Shown here: positions 42,331-55,917 of the stretch, in pieces
How positions within the stretch are numbered: position 1 is the stretch's first letter
Layout of the letters: every line of letters begins with the position of its first letter
DNA from: Octopus vulgaris
Lineage: Eukaryota
Reading direction: 5' to 3'
NCBI GenBank assembly: GCA_951406725.2
Contig: OX597817.1
Coordinates: 106,392,001 to 106,456,000, forward strand
Length of the DNA stretch: 64,000 bases
Notes under the pieces: generated by a model
Seen by the model: only the letters and a program-made list of their open reading frames with translations
Told to the model about the DNA's origin: nothing
The model's database searches: none
Position numbers and translations under genes: made by a program

Positions 42331-42484
42331 GACGCATGCGCGGGAAGCAAGCTTCTTACTACACAGCTACGCCTGCACCTTTTTTTAAAAAAAAAAAGTC
42401 GTGAAGAAAATTTGATGTAGGCCAATTTAATGGGGGAAAAAACATACTAATTTTGTATAGTTATTGTTATTATTTTTATTTTGC

Positions 42485-44080
42485 GTCGCCGCAAGCTGGC
42501 AGAATCGTTAGCATGCTAAACAAAATGCGTAGCGACATTTTGTCTGTCTTTACGTTCTGAGTTCAAATACCGTCATGGTCGACCTTTGTCTTCCATCCTT
42601 TCAGTGTCGATAAAATAAGTACCTGTTGAGCCCTGGGGTCGATGTAATCGACTTGTCTTCTCCACCAAAATATCAACCCTTGTGTCTCTATTAGAAAGGT
42701 TTATTTTCTTCGATTGTGGTACTTTGAGTTTAACAATCTTAACAATCTTGTTGTTACTAATGGAGTAGTTTAATTCAGATTACTGTGTTTAGTGATGTTA
42801 TCTGTTCCTCATTAGTTCAGAAATGTGTTAATTCTATTGTTATTATAATTAGAACTTGAATTAATGCAGTGAGCTGATGGAATGATTCTCAATGTTCTGG
42901 ATTCAAATTCCATCGAGGTCGACATTGCCTTTCACCTTTTCAAGGTCAATAAAACAAGTACTAAGGCAGCGAGCTGGCAGAAACGTTAGCACGCCGGGCG
43001 AAATGCGTAGTCGTATTTCGTCTGCCGTTACGTTCTGAGTTCAAATTCCGCCGAGGTCAACTGTGCCTTTCATCCTTTCGGGGTCGATTAAATAAGTAAC
43101 AGTTACGCACTGGGTCGATATAATCGACTTAATCCGTTTGTCTGTCCTTGTTTAGCCCCTTGTGGGTAGTAAAGAAATGGGTATTTCGTGTGTCTTTACG
43201 TTCTGAGTTCAAATTCCGCCGAGGTCGACTTTGCCTTTCATTTTTTTAGGGTCGATAAATTAAGTACCAGTTGCATACTAGGTCGATCTAATCGAGTGGT
43301 CCCCTCCCCCAAAATTTCGGGCCTTGTGCCTAGAGTAGAAAGGAATAAAATAAGTACTAGTTGAATATCGTTATCGATGCAATCGATTTGTCCCCTTCCT
43401 TAAAATTGATGGCCGTGTACCAAACTTTGAATGGCAGAAACGTAAGCACGCCGGACAAAATGCCTAGCGGCATTTATTCCGGCTTTACGTTCTGGATTCA
43501 AATGCCGCCAAGATTGGCTTTGCCTTTCATCTTTCTGGGATCGATGAAATATGTGCCCGTTGAGCACTGGGATCAATATAATCGACTAGCCCCCTCCCCC
43601 AAAATTTCAGGCCTTATGCCTATTGTAGAAAGGATCATTATTATTATTTAGGCGGCAGAATTGTTAGCGGTAAAATGCTTAGCAGCATCTCGTTCTTCCA
43701 TACATCCTGAGTTCAAATTCCGTCGAGGTTGACTTTGCCTTCCATCCTTTTGAGGTTGTTAAAATAAGTACCAGTTGAAGCTGGGGTCGATGTAATCGAC
43801 TCGTCTCCTCCCCTAAAATCGCTGCCCCTGTGAAAAAATTTGATAACCTTATTATTACAATTATTATTATTATTAAGGCGACGAGCTAGCAAAAGTTAGC
43901 ACGCCGGATGAATTTCTTAGCGGCATTTCGTCTGTCTTTGCGTTCTGAGTTTAAATGTCGCCGAGATCTACTTTGCCTTTCATCCTTTCGGAGTTGACAA
44001 AAGAAGCACCAGTGGCGCACTGGAATTGATGTAATTGATTAATCCCTTCTTCTTTCTGGTGTGCCAAAATTTGAAACCGT
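42485..44080 (+). mobile_element. Cluster of nested and tandem SINE family 2 copies
   Basis: Repeated head, box B and gcctttcatcc blocks at ~42490, 42890, 42965, 43190, 43430, 43650 and 43875. Confidence 0.85.
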
Positions 44081-44269
44081 TGTTTTATTTGCACTAAATA
44101 ATCTTTAAAAAAGACTTTTTAAAATGTTCGCTTTGTCGGTTGTTTTATAATCATAAAATTATGAATTCAAATTACTGAGTGGGAGTAAATTAACTTTCCG
44201 AAGTTGCCAAGGAATAAATGAAACGAGAAAAGTTGGGGACCCCAGCTCTAGCACACTGTGCCCCACCCG

Positions 44270-44785
44270 TGAATTTTTTTCCCACGAGAATTCTGGACCC
44301 CAGTTATGCACTCATTTGCACACAGCCAATCAGAGCTCAACTATCAAACTAATTTATGAGCGCATAACAAGTGATAGGTGATAAGATAAGGTCACTTGGT
44401 TAAAGAATGACCATGCTTCTTTTCTCTTTTGATAAAGCTTGTTGTTCTTGTTCTTGTTTCAACCATGGCTGCCTCTGCGTAGTTATTTGTGTTATTTACT
44501 TTGTAAAACAGTAAGGGGAGTGGGTTGCTAGCACATCACCTTCTACCCACATTTTCCCCATCACATCTTTACCATATGGGGCCCTAACAAAATCCGATGA
44601 TAGGTATAGATGCAAAATATCTAATTACTTGTCTCCTAAAATCAGGCATAACTTGATGATCGGTTGACTTACAACATCGATCTTCGTCTTGGGTTTACTT
44701 GGTAGAGTGTGTTAACTTTACAACAAGATCACTGCAAACGAGTTTATTACTGGGGTCCGGAACTCTGGTGGGAAAAATTTCGCAT
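44270..44785. mobile_element. MITE with ~35-bp TIRs
   Basis: gaattttttcccacgagaattctggaccccagt / actggggtccggaactctggtgggaaaaatttcg. Confidence 0.7.
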
Positions 44786-45639
44786 CCTGGCCGACTACTC
44801 GAGTTGACAGTATCTTCAGCCAGTCCTACTTGTTAGCTCAATTCACTTGGTTAATCAACCTAACGTATGCTATACATTCATTGCGTCCACACAGACAATG
44901 TAAGCCAGTGACTACAGAAGCAGGTCTCATAGAAATGCACTCAGCAAAAAAAGACCTTATAAAACGCAAAATATTACCAGAAAGTAGTTTATAAACACAC
45001 ACTGCGAGAGAAGACCTTATCAAACACGTTTAGTAGAAAAGAAGAAAAAAAAGCTTTTAATAACACACACAGCGAAAGATGGCATTCTCATAAAACGCGC
45101 ACAGCAAAGAAGACGTAATAAAACACGCAACGATAAAAAATATTTGTAGCAAATGGTAAACCAAAATGTAGGTAGTATAGGTATTATGCTGAGTGCTTAA
45201 TCCTTTAAGACGGGTGCTTCTACGTGGTTGTTCGACATGCTAGAAATAGTAGTAAATTTTCCGTCAAATCATACGCGACCGTCTGTAATAAAGGAAGGAT
45301 ATATTGAATAATATAGCCCCATATATACTATTCTTGACACAAAACAAAGTATAATGGTCACAGCTGGAAATCCTTCGATCATAGAAGATTTACTGAATGA
45401 CAGCAGACCTGGAGTTAACATTTTCAAACAAACATTGGTGGCCGCTACATTCACACTGTAAGAAAAAAAAATGATACTGCAACGAGAACACCTACGATCA
45501 AATTTATTCAAACTGTGACCATCTGGCGGCTTCTTTTTCAGACTACATTATGCAAAAGGGTGCGTTAGGGAGATTTGACAACTGTTACTAGCGACCACAT
45601 AGAGAACCTCGCCTAAATAATTTGTCATGTTAGTGGTAA

Positions 45640-45808
45640 TAGTGGTGGTGGTGGTGGTGGTGGTGGTGGTGGTGGTGGTGGTGGTGGTGGTGGTGGTGGT
45701 GGTGGTGGTGGTGGTGGTGGTGGTGGTGGTGGTGGTGGTGGTGGTGGTGGTGGTGGTGGTGGTGGTGGTGGTGGTGGCGGCGGCGGTGGTGGTGGTGGTG
45801 GTGGTGGT

Positions 45809-45845
<37 letters not shown>

Positions 45846-45927
45846 GTGGTGGTGGTGGTGGAGGCGGCGGCGGCGGCGGTGACGATGGCGGCGGCGGCGG
45901 TGACGATGGCGGCGGCGGCGGTGACGA

Positions 45928-45962
<35 letters not shown>

Positions 45963-46182
45963 GTGGTGGTGGTGGTGGTGGTGGTGGTGGCAGCAGCGGA
46001 ACTGGTGACGCTGATGCTGGGCTACGCTGGTGTTGGTGCAGGTATGTAGGGGAGGAGGTGATGGGAAGAAGAAGAAGAAGAAGAAGAAGAAGAAGAAGAA
46101 GAAGAAGAAGATGATGATGATGATGATGATGATGATGATAATGATGAAGGAAGAGGAGGAGGTGAAAAGAAGAGAGAGAATG

Positions 46183-46212
<30 letters not shown>
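45640..46212. repeat. Compound (GGT)n/(GGC)n/(GAA)n/(GAT)n/(GA)n microsatellite
   Basis: Direct reading. Confidence 0.95.
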
Positions 46213-46214
<2 letters not shown>

Positions 46215-46654
46215 ATCTTCGTCACCACCTCTCATCGGTTATACTTTACTGCATGAACACAGCAGAAAACATGTAAAAAGAGATCTTTTTTCTACATCAA
46301 CAATAGTGCAACAGTTCTGAAATAGTTGTAACTCAATATAGCGACTTGGTGGTAACGCTGTAAAACTCTAGTTGAGCTTTTGTAATGAAGTTCTGACGAA
46401 AAGTATTGTTTGTTAATTTATTTTGTTAATGAACTTTCAGCGTCTAATAATAACTATTGCTATGTTGCTGTTGCTATTGTTGTTGTCGTTGTTGTTTATT
46501 ATTCGTATGTTTGTTTGTTTAGCTTCGACTCGGCTTTGAGCGAAACAGACTTATAATCAATCAAAGGCATTCCAGCTATGGCCATCCTATTTTTAAAATA
46601 TTTCTAGGAACGATGTATTTAGAACGATATCATCTAATCTGCCTTATATATATA

Positions 46655-46685
<31 letters not shown>

Positions 46686-46695
46686 AGATATAGGT

Positions 46696-46781
<86 letters not shown>

Positions 46782-46814
46782 GTGTGTGTGTGTGTGTGCA
46801 TGTATGTATGTATA

Positions 46815-46883
<69 letters not shown>

Positions 46884-47239
46884 CATCATCATCATCATCA
46901 TCTTAACGATGGTAAAGTAGTGGTGGTTTCCAATCTGATTTCGTGATATTTTGGAATCCAAATATAAAATTTACTAACACACTTCACGTAGGAAATAAAA
47001 AGTAATCAAAAATTAAAAATTAAAACGTTAGATATGAAAATACGTAAGTCAGCTAGACGTAGGCGTGACTGTGTGGTTAAGAATCTTGCTTCCCAACCGT
47101 GTAGACTTGGATTCAATCCCATTGTGCAGTATCTTGGACAAATGTTTTCTACTTATAACACCTGGGCTGACCAGACCCAAGTTCTCTGAATAGACTTGTT
47201 CGATGGAAACTGAAAGAGGCCTGTCGTAGATATGTCATA

Positions 47240-48601
47240 CCTCAAATAGTTCCTGCCACTGTTGAAACACATCTTGCAACATTTTTTCCAGTTTTGGAGA
47301 GCCTCCTGCAATGCGTAGAAGCAAATTTACTTCGATTTCTTCAGTCCTCAGAAATCGGCGACTTTCATGGCGGATTTTCACTTTTGGACCAAAACAGCTG
47401 CAGGGGCCAAATCCGGAGAGGATGGGTGGGAGATAAGAGTTGTCTCTTGCTTTACCAAAAAGTCACGGACAAAGAGTGACCCAAGAGCAGGTGCGTTGTC
47501 CGTTGTCCGGATCTTTACCTTTTGACCTACAGATTTTTAAAATAATTTTTTGTAACTAAACACTTTCAAACTTCGGATACTGGTAGAATGTGTCATATAA
47601 AACATCTTTTACTCTTAGCATTTTTGAGAAAAACTTATATTTATGAAGTAATTTCACGTTTAAGTAGTCCTCTTTCGGTAATTTCAACCAATCAATGACG
47701 TGTATTCAGCTGAATTAAAGTACTGCCGTTGTTTGTCAACAACAACTATCGGCAGTGTATTTTTCGTTTGTCACTTTAACGTGAAATTACTTCGTAAATA
47801 TAAGTTTTTCTCAAAAATGCTAAGAGTAAAAGATGTTTTATATGACACATTCTACCAGTGTCCGAAGTTTAAAAGTGTTTAGTTACAAAAAATTATTTTT
47901 TAAATCTGTATGTCAAAAGGTAAAGATCCTGTTGTCCTTGTGCAGCAACCAGATTTTGTTTGTCTGAGGCTCAGGCCAACTTACTTAGCATTACCTCTCT
48001 CAAACGCCACAGAACACCCAATTGAAAGTCTTTATTGATCGTCTGCTCACATGGAACAGACTCTCGATGAACGACGCAATTCCAATCACCTTCACATCTG
48101 AATGATTCTCATGTACTTTATTTTGGTCCCAGCGGCAATGATCCAATCCTCGGCGATGATTGCCGTTTTGTTTCGACATCATTATCTAATACACACGTTT
48201 TATCATCTGTTCTAACACTTCAAAAAGTTTACATCATCATTCAAACGATCAAACATCTAAGTGGCTGTATTTTGGTTCGGTTTTCGTTCCTAAGCTTTGC
48301 TGAAAACAAAGCCACTTCAAATTGTGCTTAAAATCAGAAGGCACGAACAAGAGACCCCTTACTTGAAAAATTTCAGAGATTGTTAGACAACAATTTTTAC
48401 GCCGCAATGTAAATGTCGTCTGTTGTGCTAGCTTTCCACAGGCCTTTTGCAATATTAAAAGGTTCCCGTAAAAGTTTTCCCAATTTGAAACAGGCGTGCT
48501 TGGCTAAATGGACAAACGAAAGAAGGGCACTCAGCACATTTATTGGGTATGGGCTTTGAAACTTTAAGCAGCACGGAATTCGAATCAAACTGTTCTGATC
48601 C

Positions 48602-48632
<31 letters not shown>

Positions 48633-49067
48633 TGTGTGTGCGCCCCCGTGTGTGTGTGTTTGTCCCCACCACCACCACTACTTAACAACCCGTGTTGGTG
48701 TGTTTACGCCACCGTAACTCAGCCGGTCAGCAAAAGAAACCGATAGAATAAGTACTAGGCTTTAAAAAAAAATACTGTGCTCGATTCATTCGATTAAAAA
48801 TTCTCCAAGGCGGTGCCCCAGCATGGCCGCAGTCTAATGACTGAAACAATTAAAAGAGGTAAAAAATACGACATTATGTCAATTCTTTCGCTGTTTAACG
48901 TGTAACTAATCACCAAGTGCACTAGATACTCGTTCATTCAAACACGTTTAGTTCAACAACTCACTGATGTGGTGTAATGTGGTTTATTATTAGAATGCAG
49001 TTGCGAACATTTTGTACCGAGTGATTGAAGAGCTAAGTCTCTGGTTTCTTTTTGGACAGACCTCATA
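47240..49067 (-). mobile_element. Decayed mariner interrupted by a MITE and a SINE
   Basis: TIR tatgaggtctgtccaaaaag at the right end; CFKLGKTFT, LLHKDNAPA, HPSSPDLAPA motifs. Confidence 0.75.
47509..47929. mobile_element. MITE with ~155-bp TIRs and 8-bp target-site duplication (Merlin/Mutator-like)
   Basis: ggatctttacc... / ...ggtaaagatcc; flanks cgttgtcc / tgttgtcc. Confidence 0.85.
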
Positions 49068-49329
49068 TTACTGGAGGGAATGGGGGAAAAGTGAGATAAT
49101 TTAATGTATATAATGAACAGATAGCTTTATCTAAATGCAGACCTATGAAACTATTGCAGGCCTTGTGCCTATAGTAGAAAGGATTATTTATGCATACACA
49201 ATTCTACTGATTCGGAAAATATATTGATATTATGAATCAATGAGTGTGCCTCTACCAAATCGCTCGACTGCTAGAAATAACAGCTACATTTTTCTCAAAT
49301 CAAACTTTACTGACTAAAACTACGGGAGG

Positions 49330-49890
49330 CACAACGCCTGAAATTTTGTTGGGGATGGGCGGGGCCTGATTTGCGTGCTCCACTGATACTTATTCTACCA
49401 ACCCTGGAAAAGATAAAAGATCAAGCTGATCAGCGGAATTTGTACGCTGAACGTAAAGACGGATGAAATACCTGTTTCTTTACTTCCCACAAGGGGCTAT
49501 ACACAGAGGGGACAAAGAAGGACAGGCAAACGGTTTAAGTCGATTAGATTGACCCCAGTGCGTAACTGGTACTTATTTAATCGACCCCGAAAGGATGAAA
49601 GGTAAAGTCAATCTCGGCGGAATTTGAACTCAGAGCGTAGCGGCAGACGAAATACCTATTTCTTTACTACCCACAAGGGGCTAAACTCAGAGAGGACAAA
49701 CAAGGACAGACAAAGGGATTAAGTCGATTAGATCGACCCCAGTGCGTAACTGGTACTTATTTAATCGACCCCGAAAAGATGAAAGGCAAAGTCGACCTCG
49801 GCGGAATTTGAACTCAGAACGTAACGGCAGACGAAATACCGCCAAGCATTTCACCCGGCGTGCTAACGTTTCTGCCAGCTCGCCGCCTTC
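49330..49890 (-). mobile_element. SINE family 2 trimer
   Basis: Three body units, the leftmost decayed. Confidence 0.85.
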
Positions 49891-51812
49891 GCGTATGCAT
49901 AAATAACAGACGTTTTGTGATCTAGTGCTCAACTCGCATCGGAATTGACCGACTCTGCCTGACATTGTTCTGTGCTCCATAAAATAAGCTTCTAATATAT
50001 GTACATAAGGTAAGAGTTATGGCTTGGTAGAATCGTTGGAGTATCGAACAAAATTCCTTGCAGTATTTAGTTATAGCATTTTACATTCCTAATTTCGGAT
50101 CCCACTGGGGTCGACTTTGCCTTTCATCTCTACAGGGTTGCTCAAATAAGATATCTCCTTCAAATCACAATGTACCGACTAAGAAAAGGACATGTTGAAT
50201 TATGTGTTTCAGGGCTACGATTAGAATGCCTTTGATCATAAGTATACTCGACCATGGCTGACCTGGGGCTAAGCTACAACACCAATAATTTGAATGAAAA
50301 GTAATGTACATTACTTAGGGATTCCGTAATTCTCTTAAGATTAAGGAAAATGGACCTGAAATGTTCTTTTTCAAGGTGCAGGCAAGGTCTTCCATTTTTT
50401 AATTTTTATGGAAGACCAGCAAGTTACTCACGAATACAAATCTCTTCTTTTTACATCATCGGTGTTGTTCACGATAAAGGCAACTGTCAAACAGCATGTC
50501 ACCAACGTTGGTGCAAATTGTCGGAATATATACCACAAGACATCTAATCCGATTCTCTAAGAATTACGCCAATCCATCACTTCAGAAAAATACTCTAGTT
50601 ATCAACTCGGGAAAAAAAAATTAAAGATAAAGCTGACACCGACTGGATTTGAACTCAGAACCCAAAGAGCCAGAGCATATACTGAATACAGCAAAATGCT
50701 CTCTCTGATGATGCAGAATAACCTCAAATGGATCACTGTTTCTATAAACCACAATATCTTAACAACTCATTTTTTATAGAATCAGCTATTCCGTGACAGC
50801 TGGCATGAACTATAAGCAAAACAAAATATTGTTTGGAATGGGATTTTAAATATGTTACCATAATTATCTCGTTGTACCGAGTCAAGCCAACAGTCATACG
50901 ATTTATTAGAAATAGCAGTCAAATCTTGAGTATTGTTTGGATAAAGAAAACAGCGACGACCAGGAATCGAACCTAATACGCTAACTCGGTTTGGTGGGAA
51001 ATTAACTCCTAATTCACGGAGCTTGTCATGTATTGTGTATATATGACGCTATTTCAATGTAACCAACAGATTTATGGCCAAAGGCGTTTCGGTCTGACCT
51101 TCCCTTTTTTTATTTGCACTGAAATTTCTTGAACTACTTTACCTAATGAATACTTCTGTTTTATAAGGTTGTGGGAGTATCGTTTGAGGGATAATTAGCT
51201 GTTGTTTCGACCACGTCATACCAACACGTTGGCTCTCAAATTGTGGGCCATTTAACACACACACACACACACACAGAGAACTTTCACGCAGACACGTGTG
51301 TGCGTGCGTGCGTGCGTGTATGTGTGTGTGTGTGGAAAGGGTGCGTGCGTGCAGCTAGGAGTGTTTAGGATCTGTAATTGTATTTGTGTGTATGTTTATA
51401 AGTATACGTATATACGTGTATGTATGCGTATTTGTTTGTATACGTATATATGTAACGCATGTATATATCTGTGTGTGCACACACACATACCTACACATAT
51501 CCCACACCCTCACACACACATACACTCACGCACACAAAGCAATATCCTCGCATGAGTGTTATATAATAGGATGAATGAATACCTAATTCAAAGAAGCAGA
51601 GGGAGAATAACAGACAATGGTGGTGTACATCTATCTATATATATATATATATATGAATATGTGCGCAAGAAGATAGCGTTGGAATGCGTAGGAGTGTGTA
51701 TGTGGGTGTTTCAGTGTGTGCACGTGCGTGCGTGCGTGCGTGTGTGTGTGTGTGTGTGTGTGAGTGTGTGTGTCTGTGTGTCTGTGTGTCTGTGTGTGTG
51801 TGTGTGTGTGTC

Positions 51813-51904
<92 letters not shown>

Positions 51905-52214
51905 AGTGTTTGTATATGAGTATGTAGCAAAGTTGAAACTGCTGTGAAGACAGTGAGTGGTGGTTGTTTCAAAAGAGTAGTGGGGTGTACAGAGAATATC
52001 TTGTGCAAGTGTTTATGTGAGACTGGGCGTAGGTTTGGCTGAGTGGCTTACAAGTTCGCCTTGCAACCATAAGGTCGCGCCTGGTAGAGAACGTCGCATA
52101 TTTTATTTTTTTAGCATTTATTTATCTTTTATTTGTTTCAGTTATTAGACTGCGGTTATGCTGGAATAACCGCCTTCAAGGGTTGTTCAGTGGAATAAAT
52201 TGACTCTAGTACAT

Positions 52215-53730
52215 TAGGCACATAGACCTGATTGGAGCGACATTAAAAAAAATATGAAGCAGTGACAGGAGGAAAAATTAACGCGGAAAAATCAGTGGGT
52301 ACCTGGAGAGGCAAGTCCTTACCATCCGACAGTGGCGTGGGGCGCTGGACAGATGGTCCGGTTAAATTGCTCGGGATCTGGTTCGGTCCGGACCTCTATG
52401 TGGAGAAAAACTGGGACGAGGTGACGAACAGGGTGGCTAATCTCACCCAGAAATGGGCCGAGAAGAAGCTATCCCTGAAAGGTCGAGCTGAGGTGGCGAA
52501 TGCGTGCATCGCATCTGTCATCTACTACCGCTTGACCGTTGCCTCTTGCCCCGTATGCTGGCTGAACAAGCTGGTGCGCTCATTCTTCCGCTTTCAGCGG
52601 AAGGGACACGTTCCGCTAGTCAGGCGCTACATCTGCTGTCAACAGCTGATGAAATGGGGTGGGGCTGGGCATGTTGTGGTTGCTGATGCGCAGACATGCG
52701 CTCAAGCTGCGACATCTACAGCGTTTCCTTGACGATGAGCAGGTGTGGTCGCCGTTTGTTAGACTCGCTCTCCCACAGCTCGTTTCTTTGACTGAGCTGC
52801 AATCATGGATTAGGCACAGACCGAGGAGGGGCGCTTGGCCCCTCGAGTGCGGTCAAGCGCACACAGCTCTTTGCCAGTTGGGCAATGCGGTCGGTAGTAG
52901 TTCCACTGTCGCATTCTATAGAGGGTTGGCGGAGGAAAAGTGGGACGAGGTTCTCTGGGAAGCTCTGGGCGTCGACGAGGATCAACTTACTGGTCTGTTT
53001 CGGAGGACTTTCGGATCGGGGCCTTTGGATAACTTCCAGAAATCCCTGGCTTGGCAGTGCTACCGTAGGGCGCTGCGCATTCGGGATAAACTTTACAGGC
53101 ACGGAAGTTCCGTCAGCCGAGCCTACCCGAAGTAAGCTCAGAGCAACGAAACCGTTCTGCACGCACCCATCCAGTGCCCGAACACCTGCTGGCACGTGCA
53201 GGTCGGATCCGGCTATCAGCTGAATCCATAGTGAAGATTGCCCTGCCGCCCTCCTTTGGCCGGGAGGGACAGGACATTTTTATTTGCCTGGTGGCTGTAG
53301 CGAAAGAGGTAGTGTAGTGGACACGTTTGAAAGGGCTAAAGACAAACACTTTCCTCTTTGGCCAAGTCCTCATAAACTTCTTCAAGTTTCACTTGAAAAG
53401 GAAAGTGAGGGTGGAGAGGGAAGTATTGTTTTCTAGCAAATTTGTTGAAAGGTGAGTGAATGTTGGAAAAATGGTCAATGTGAAAGGACCCATTTTGAGC
53501 ATGCGCCTGTAAAAATAAAAGGAGAGGGCTCTTACCCTGTTGGTCTGGCCACCCGTGGCTTTTGTGGGTTTTCCTACGAGTAGCCTTAAATCGACTCCCC
53601 CTTCTGGGAATTTAACTAGTTCAATTTTTTCTGTTATCCACTGTTTACACGCTTCAAAACCCGTTGTATTGTCCTGTTTTGTCATTTCATGTTGCTTTAT
53701 GTAAGCCCTTGTGGCTAATAAAGAAATAAT
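52215..53730 (+). mobile_element. Tx1/L1-clade LINE 3' fragment (post-RT region, zinc-binding region, 3' UTR, (TAA)n tail)
   Basis: KINAEKS, VKLLGIWFG, LSLKGRAEVAN, GLGM, LAWQCYRRALRIRDKL, ETVLHA..CP. Confidence 0.88.
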
Positions 53731-53760
53731 AATAATGATGATGATAATAATAATAATAAC

Positions 53761-53855
<95 letters not shown>

Positions 53856-53856
<1 letters not shown>

Positions 53857-54411
53857 GAGTGAGAGAGCAGTACATGCCATCAAAATGACGCTGGGGTAAA
53901 ATATACGAAGCCCAGTATACCCATCATTACTACTCATCTGATAAAGGTACACCAGGCACATGCATCATAACCAAATGTGCAAAACATGGTGATCACATAT
54001 CAAGATAAACAGCGCATGACCTTGCAGGTGGGGCCCACTTAGAATTTTCTTCTTGTCGAGTAACCCATCCCGCTCAAAAGGTCCCTGAATAAGGGTTGTT
54101 TAAGGATGTTGAACGAACCACCCATGTTTCCAGAGGTGAATTATTCAAACCCCAAAGAATCCTTCTTAACACATGACTATGATGCTCCCCCACTACTTCT
54201 GCTCGTGATCAGAGATGCACATACCGTCAGCCACTAGGGGACATGCTCAACTGGTTATGGTCAAACAACTGACAAGCAAATCTGTGGTATTGAGCAGAAT
54301 ATTTGCTGTAGCCCATCTTTTATACCAAGACAAAACAATGTACATGATAACACTTCCAATCAGTTAAGATCAGAAGCTACGAGAGCCACTGTCTGGTACT
54401 GCATCGGGGCA

Positions 54412-54456
<45 letters not shown>

Positions 54457-55006
54457 CATTGAGTGAGCGAGCAGAGCATGCCATCAAAGTGACACCTGGG
54501 GTAAAATATACGAAGCCCAGTATACCCATCATGACTACCCGTCTGATAAGGGTACACCAGGCACATGCATCACAACCATATGTGCGCGACATGGTGATCT
54601 CATATCAAGATAAACAGCACATGACCTTGCAGGTGGAGCCCAGTTAGAATATTCTTCAGATCGAGTAACCCATCCCGCTCAAAAGGTCCCTGAATAAGGG
54701 TTGTTTAAGGACGTTGAACGAAACACATATGTTTCCAGAGGTGAATTATTCAAACCCTAAAGAATCCTTCTCAACACATGGCTATGATGCTCCCCCACTA
54801 CTTCTGCTCGTGATCAGAGATGCACATATCGTCAGCCACTAAGGGGCATGCTCAACTGGTTAAGGTCAAACAACTGACAAGCAAGTCTGTGGTATTGAGC
54901 AGAATATTTGCTGTAGCCCATCTTTTATACCAAGACAAAAAAATGTACATGATAACACTTCCAATCAGTTAAGATCAGAAGCCATGAGAGCCACTTATGG
55001 TACTGC

Positions 55007-55081
<75 letters not shown>

Positions 55082-55529
55082 TATCATTATTATCATCATT
55101 ATTATTATTATTATTATTGAGTGAGAGAGCAGTGCATGCCATCAAAGTGACACTGGGGTAAAATATACGAAACCCAGACACATGCATCACAATCATATGT
55201 GCGTGACATGGTGATCTCGTATCAAGATAAAGAGCGCATTACCTTGCAGGTGGGGCCCACTTAGAATTTTCATCAGGTCGAGTAGTCCATCCTGCTCAAA
55301 AGGTCCCTGAATAAGGCTTGTTTAAGGATGATGAACGAAACAGCCATATTTCCAGAGGTGAATTATTCAAACCCACCAAAATTCCTCTCAACACATGGCT
55401 ATGATGCTCACCCACTACTTCTGCTCGTGATCAGAGATGCACGTAACATCACCTACTAAGGGACATGTTCAACTGGTTATAGTCGAACAACTGACAAGCA
55501 AATCTGTGGTATTGAGCAGAATATTTGCT
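53856..55529 (-). mobile_element. Three head-to-tail copies of a ~555-bp AAT-tailed retroposon (53856-54412, 54460-55006, 55118-55529)
   Basis: Directly alignable copies separated by (TTA)n/(TCA)n. Confidence 0.9.
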
Positions 55530-55715
55530 AATACAGTTCTATATTTAAGAGATGAGGAGTTATGTACATTATTTACATTATTTACATTCGACGGATATTT
55601 GTCCTCATCTTGTTGTTAACACAACGTTTCGGCTGATATACTTTCCAGCTTTCTTCAGGTGTCTTGGGGGAATTTCCGAACCTGGATTCTCATTCCTTAG
55701 GTATTTTTCGATGTT
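55530..55715 (-). mobile_element. PLE pLTR-like fragment
   Basis: Contains a minimal hammerhead; bounded by microsatellite. Confidence 0.55.
55618..55663 (-). ncRNA. Minimal type I hammerhead ribozyme motif, family E, intact core
   Basis: GACAC-CTGAAGA-aaGCTG/CAGCc-GAAAC-GTT-GTGTT. Confidence 0.75.
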
Positions 55716-55816
55716 GTTATTGTTGTTGTTGTTGTTGTTGTTGTTGTTCTTCTTCTTCTTCTTCTTCTTCTTCTTCTTCTTCTTCTTCTTCTTCTTCTTC
55801 TTCTTCTTCTTCTTCT

Positions 55817-55917
<101 letters not shown>

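Noticed and set aside
45627-46235. Poly-Val/Ala and poly-His/Arg ORFs
   Set aside because: Translations of trinucleotide microsatellites
47509-47929. Another hammerhead fold-back
   Set aside because: No hammerhead core; has an 8-bp target-site duplication, so a conventional MITE
54150-54240. CTGACG/CTGATCA words in the AAT-tailed retroposon
   Set aside because: No properly spaced GAAA-NUH with closing stem I
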